A stretch of DNA of 61,670 nucleotides, filler included. It is 6 parts of 6 records of this genome, joined end to end, with 100 filler letters (N's around TTAATTAATTAA, not from the genome) between each part and the next. Parts side by side here need not be neighbours in the genome. Positions count along the whole stretch, not along the records: positions 52,228 to 61,670 come from SRR31156797_21011; 5 more parts are not named here. The stretch is one strand, 5' to 3'. The position numbers and the translations under genes are program-made. Numbering within the stretch: the stretch's first letter is position 1; each line of letters opens with the position of its first letter. This document shows, in pieces, positions 59,092-61,670 of the stretch. Below the pieces are notes generated by a model. The model was not told where the DNA came from, did not search any database, and saw nothing but the letters and a program-made list of their open reading frames with translations.

Positions 59092-61670
59092 GGATCTACG
59101 ATCTCCCCTCCCGGCATCCCCTGTCAGTGATCATGGCGTTCCTGGGGCTGCTGATGTTCGGAGTCATCTCCTTCTTCTTCCTTCCCCTGGAGGAGCTGCC
59201 CGAGATGCCCCTTCCCTCGGTGACGGTGGTGGCCGAGTACGAAGGCTTTCCTCCCCGGGAGGTGGAGCAGCTGATCACCATCCCCATGGAGAACGCCCTG
59301 ACCTCGGTCAAAGGGGTAAAGACCATGAGCTCCCTCTCCCGGCAGGGGGTCTCAGCCGTCACCCTGCGCTTCGACTGGGGAAGCGATCCCGACAGAAGCG
59401 CCATAGAGGTCAGGGAGATCATAGACGGACTCTACCCCTACCTGCCCGACGGCATACGGAAACCCGTCGCCTTCTCGGAAAGCCTCTCCCGTAAGCCTCT
59501 GATGGTTCTGATCTGCCGTCCGGAGAAAGGAACGGTCGTGGGCGATCACTACAACGCGATAAAATACGACCTGAAAAACAGGCTGAAGAGGATAGACGGG
59601 ATAGCCGGCATCAGGACCATGGGCCTCAGACGCCCTGAGATCCGGGTTGAAGCGGATATGGAGCGCCTGTACGGAATGGGACTCTCCCTTTCGGATACGG
59701 GGAGCTATCTGGGGCAGTTCCTGATAGACCATCCGGCGGGCAAGCTGCGGGAAGGGAACAGGGAACAGCTGATCAAGGTCTCCGGCGGGATCGTCAGCCC
59801 CTCCGACATCGCGGCCCTCCCCGTACGGCCTGGAGGATCGGTCGTCTTCGGAGAGATAGCCTCTATAGGCTACCACGAGGAGGAGGCCACGTCCCTGTTC
59901 CTCTACCAGGGGGAGCCCGCCGTGGGCATCAGCCTGTACAAAGCCCCATCGGGCAGCGATCTGAAAACGTCGGAATCGCTCAGGCAGGTATTGGGCGATC
60001 TGAACGAAGAGTTCGAGGGGGAGTTCGATATCATCCTGCTGGAGGACGGCTCGGAAGGGATAAGGGATTCACTCCGGTCCCTTGTGATCTCCCTCGTACT
60101 GGGTCTGGCCGCGGCGGTGTTCGTGCTCTTCCGGCTCTACGACGACAGAAAGATCGCCATAACGACCTCCCTCTCCATCCCGATGACCCTGCTACTGGTA
60201 TTCTTCTTCCTCTACCTCTTCGGCATTACCCTGAATACCATCTCCCTTCTGGGTATGGTCATCGGCATCGGACTGATCGCCGACAACTCCATCGTCGTCC
60301 TGGAGGAGCTCCAGAGGGCGGGGGATCCCCGGCTCTACGGAAAGGCCGTGGAGAGGATAAGCCCCGCCGTCAGCGCCTCCTCCCTGACCACGCTGATCGT
60401 CTTTCTTCCTCCCCTGTTTATTCCGGGAGTCGCGTCGGTTCTTTTCAAAGATCTTATCCTGACCATCGTCTTCCTCATTTCCCTCTCCCTGGGGGTGTCC
60501 CAGTTCTTCGCTCCCGCCCTTTACACCCTTTTGGGGAGGGGGGCGCCCGAAAAAACATCCCCCGGGAAGAGACGGGACGGCGTACAGAGGCTGGAGAGAC
60601 GGTACAAGGGTTTCATCCTCGCCCTCTTGCTCCGTGAAAAAAGGCGCAAGGGGATTATCCTGCTCTCCTTTGCCCTTACGGCGCTCTGTCTGACCGGAGC
60701 GGCGCTGCTGCTGCCGACAGAACTGCTTCCCGCCGAGCCGGAGAGCCGCTGGGTCCTTCAGGGCAGGCTTCCCGGGGACTGGAGCGCTGCCGCCATAGAA
60801 CGGGAGTGCACCGCCCTCTGCCGCCGCGTGGGCGAATACGATCCCGGGATCAGGATCTACGCCGAAAGCGGTTATGAGAAAGACTCCCTGAAGGAGCGCT
60901 CAGCCTCGGGCCGCTTCCTGAGCCGGCTGAGCTTCCATATCTACCTGCCCGAACCTGCCAAGGCTCCCGATAAAGGGCTTGAGGCGGTCTTCGCCGATTC
61001 CGCTCTTGAGGACGTCCGTTTTTTCCCTTATCCCACCACCCTGGAGGACGCCCTTCTGCCCAGGGAGATGGGGGGCGGAGAACTGCAGCTGCCCGTGCTG
61101 CGCTTCCTTCCCGATCTGGAGAATCTCAGCGCCGCCGGTTTGAGCGCCGCGTCACTTCAGGCGGAACTTCAGGGAGCCACCGAAGGCGTCCCGGTCGGAG
61201 AGGTCGTCTATGAGCAGGAGAAGATCACGGTCAGAGTAAAGGGAGAGAGCGACTACCTGAACAGTCCGGAGAAGCTCCTTTCCCTGAGGCTGCCCTCGTC
61301 CGGCGGCTTTTTGGAACTGGGCGAGTTCGTCCGTGTGGAAAAACGATGGGAACGGGGAGAACTTCTGAGGACTGACCGCAGGGCGGCTGAGGAACAGGTC
61401 CCGGCCCCCCTTTTAGACCCGGAACAGTTTCTCCTGCTCTACCTGTTCGCCCTGTTTCTGATGTTTATGGTGCTGGGCATTCAGACCGAATCGATAGGAA
61501 AGACCGCCGTTCTCTTCTGCGCCCTTCCCCTATCCCTGCTGGGGGCCCTGATCCTCCTGCTGCTCTGTCGCTATGAGCTGGGGCTCTACGGCTTTATCGG
61601 CATCCTCATCATGCAGGGAACCGTTATAAATACGGCCATTCTGCTGCTGGACCGGGTGTCCGGGCGTTCG
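59088..61670 (+). CDS. RND permease (AcrB/AcrD/AcrF family), 3'-truncated by the window end
   Basis: Not in the ORF track; translated by hand from GTG 59088 (GTGA overlap). Shows RHPLSVIM, PREVEQLITIPMENAL, SRQGVSAVTLRFDWG, TM4 GLIADNSIVVLE and TM10 GTVINTAILL. Confidence 0.9.
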   Translation, partial: MRIYDLPSRHPLSVIMAFLGLLMFGVISFFFLPLEELPEMPLPSVTVVAEYEGFPPREVEQLITIPMENALTSVKGVKTMSSLSRQGVSAVTLRFDWGSDPDRSAIEVREIIDGLYPYLPDGIRKPVAFSESLSRKPLMVLICRPEKGTVVGDHYNAIKYDLKNRLKRIDGIAGIRTMGLRRPEIRVEADMERLYGMGLSLSDTGSYLGQFLIDHPAGKLREGNREQLIKVSGGIVSPSDIAALPVRPGGSVVFGEIASIGYHEEEATSLFLYQGEPAVGISLYKAPSGSDLKTSESLRQVLGDLNEEFEGEFDIILLEDGSEGIRDSLRSLVISLVLGLAAAVFVLFRLYDDRKIAITTSLSIPMTLLLVFFFLYLFGITLNTISLLGMVIGIGLIADNSIVVLEELQRAGDPRLYGKAVERISPAVSASSLTTLIVFLPPLFIPGVASVLFKDLILTIVFLISLSLGVSQFFAPALYTLLGRGAPEKTSPGKRRDGVQRLERRYKGFILALLLREKRRKGIILLSFALTALCLTGAALLLPTELLPAEPESRWVLQGRLPGDWSAAAIERECTALCRRVGEYDPGIRIYAESGYEKDSLKERSASGRFLSRLSFHIYLPEPAKAPDKGLEAVFADSALEDVRFFPYPTTLEDALLPREMGGGELQLPVLRFLPDLENLSAAGLSAASLQAELQGATEGVPVGEVVYEQEKITVRVKGESDYLNSPEKLLSLRLPSSGGFLELGEFVRVEKRWERGELLRTDRRAAEEQVPAPLLDPEQFLLLYLFALFLMFMVLGIQTESIGKTAVLFCALPLSLLGALILLLLCRYELGLYGFIGILIMQGTVINTAILLLDRVSGRS

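Noticed and set aside
60260-60310. RND TM4 reading ADNSIVVLE instead of VDDAIVVVE as evidence of a dead transporter
   Set aside because: Single-Asp DN variants are common in RND subfamilies, so this alone says nothing about activity.
1-61670. CRISPR arrays, tRNA/rRNA genes, IS elements, prophage or defence genes
   Set aside because: None were seen when I read the intergenic regions by eye. Short or divergent RNAs could have been missed without covariance searches.

Overview
This window is not one locus. It is six unrelated contig fragments joined by 100-nt artificial linkers (44 N + TTAATTAATTAA + 44 N), so gene neighbourhoods hold only within a contig. (1) 1-10814, GC-rich and alphaproteobacterial-looking: malyl-CoA lyase fragment, accA, a lactone isomerase-type amidohydrolase, a D-2-hydroxyacid dehydrogenase, a TetR-led YbhGFSR-like ABC exporter operon and the 3' part of secA. 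(2) 10915-20368, Desulfobacterales-looking: LuxR fragment, double-domain CDP-alcohol phosphatidyltransferase, orphan solute-binding protein, U32 protein, dbpA, HExxH lipoprotein, Qnr-family protein and an acyl-CoA dehydrogenase fragment. (3) 20469-26908, alphaproteobacterial-looking: multi-PAS kinase, rnd, ppx and CYTH-CHAD. (4) 27009-37645, Desulfobacterales-looking: clpB end, a sigma54 activator with no sensor domain plus a lone receiver, Ca/Na antiporter, fabH, an odd GlmU-C-like protein, glmM, PilZ, then an AT-rich wzy/wzx block. (5) 37746-52127, Desulfobacterales-looking: ribF-def-fmt-rsmB-rpe-aroQ-mqnB and others, HD-GYP, purB and a hybrid kinase fragment. (6) 52228-61670, possibly spirochaetal: a fully overlapped operon of at least seven genes encoding a TPR lipoprotein, a small lipoprotein, TolC, a long-hairpin adaptor, two Ig-like repeat lipoproteins and an RND permease that appears to lack its PC2 subdomain. 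Contig 6 is the best candidate for an uncharacterised system. Taxonomic labels and family calls come from motif recognition by eye; no searches were run. I saw no rRNA, tRNA, CRISPR array or intact mobile element.
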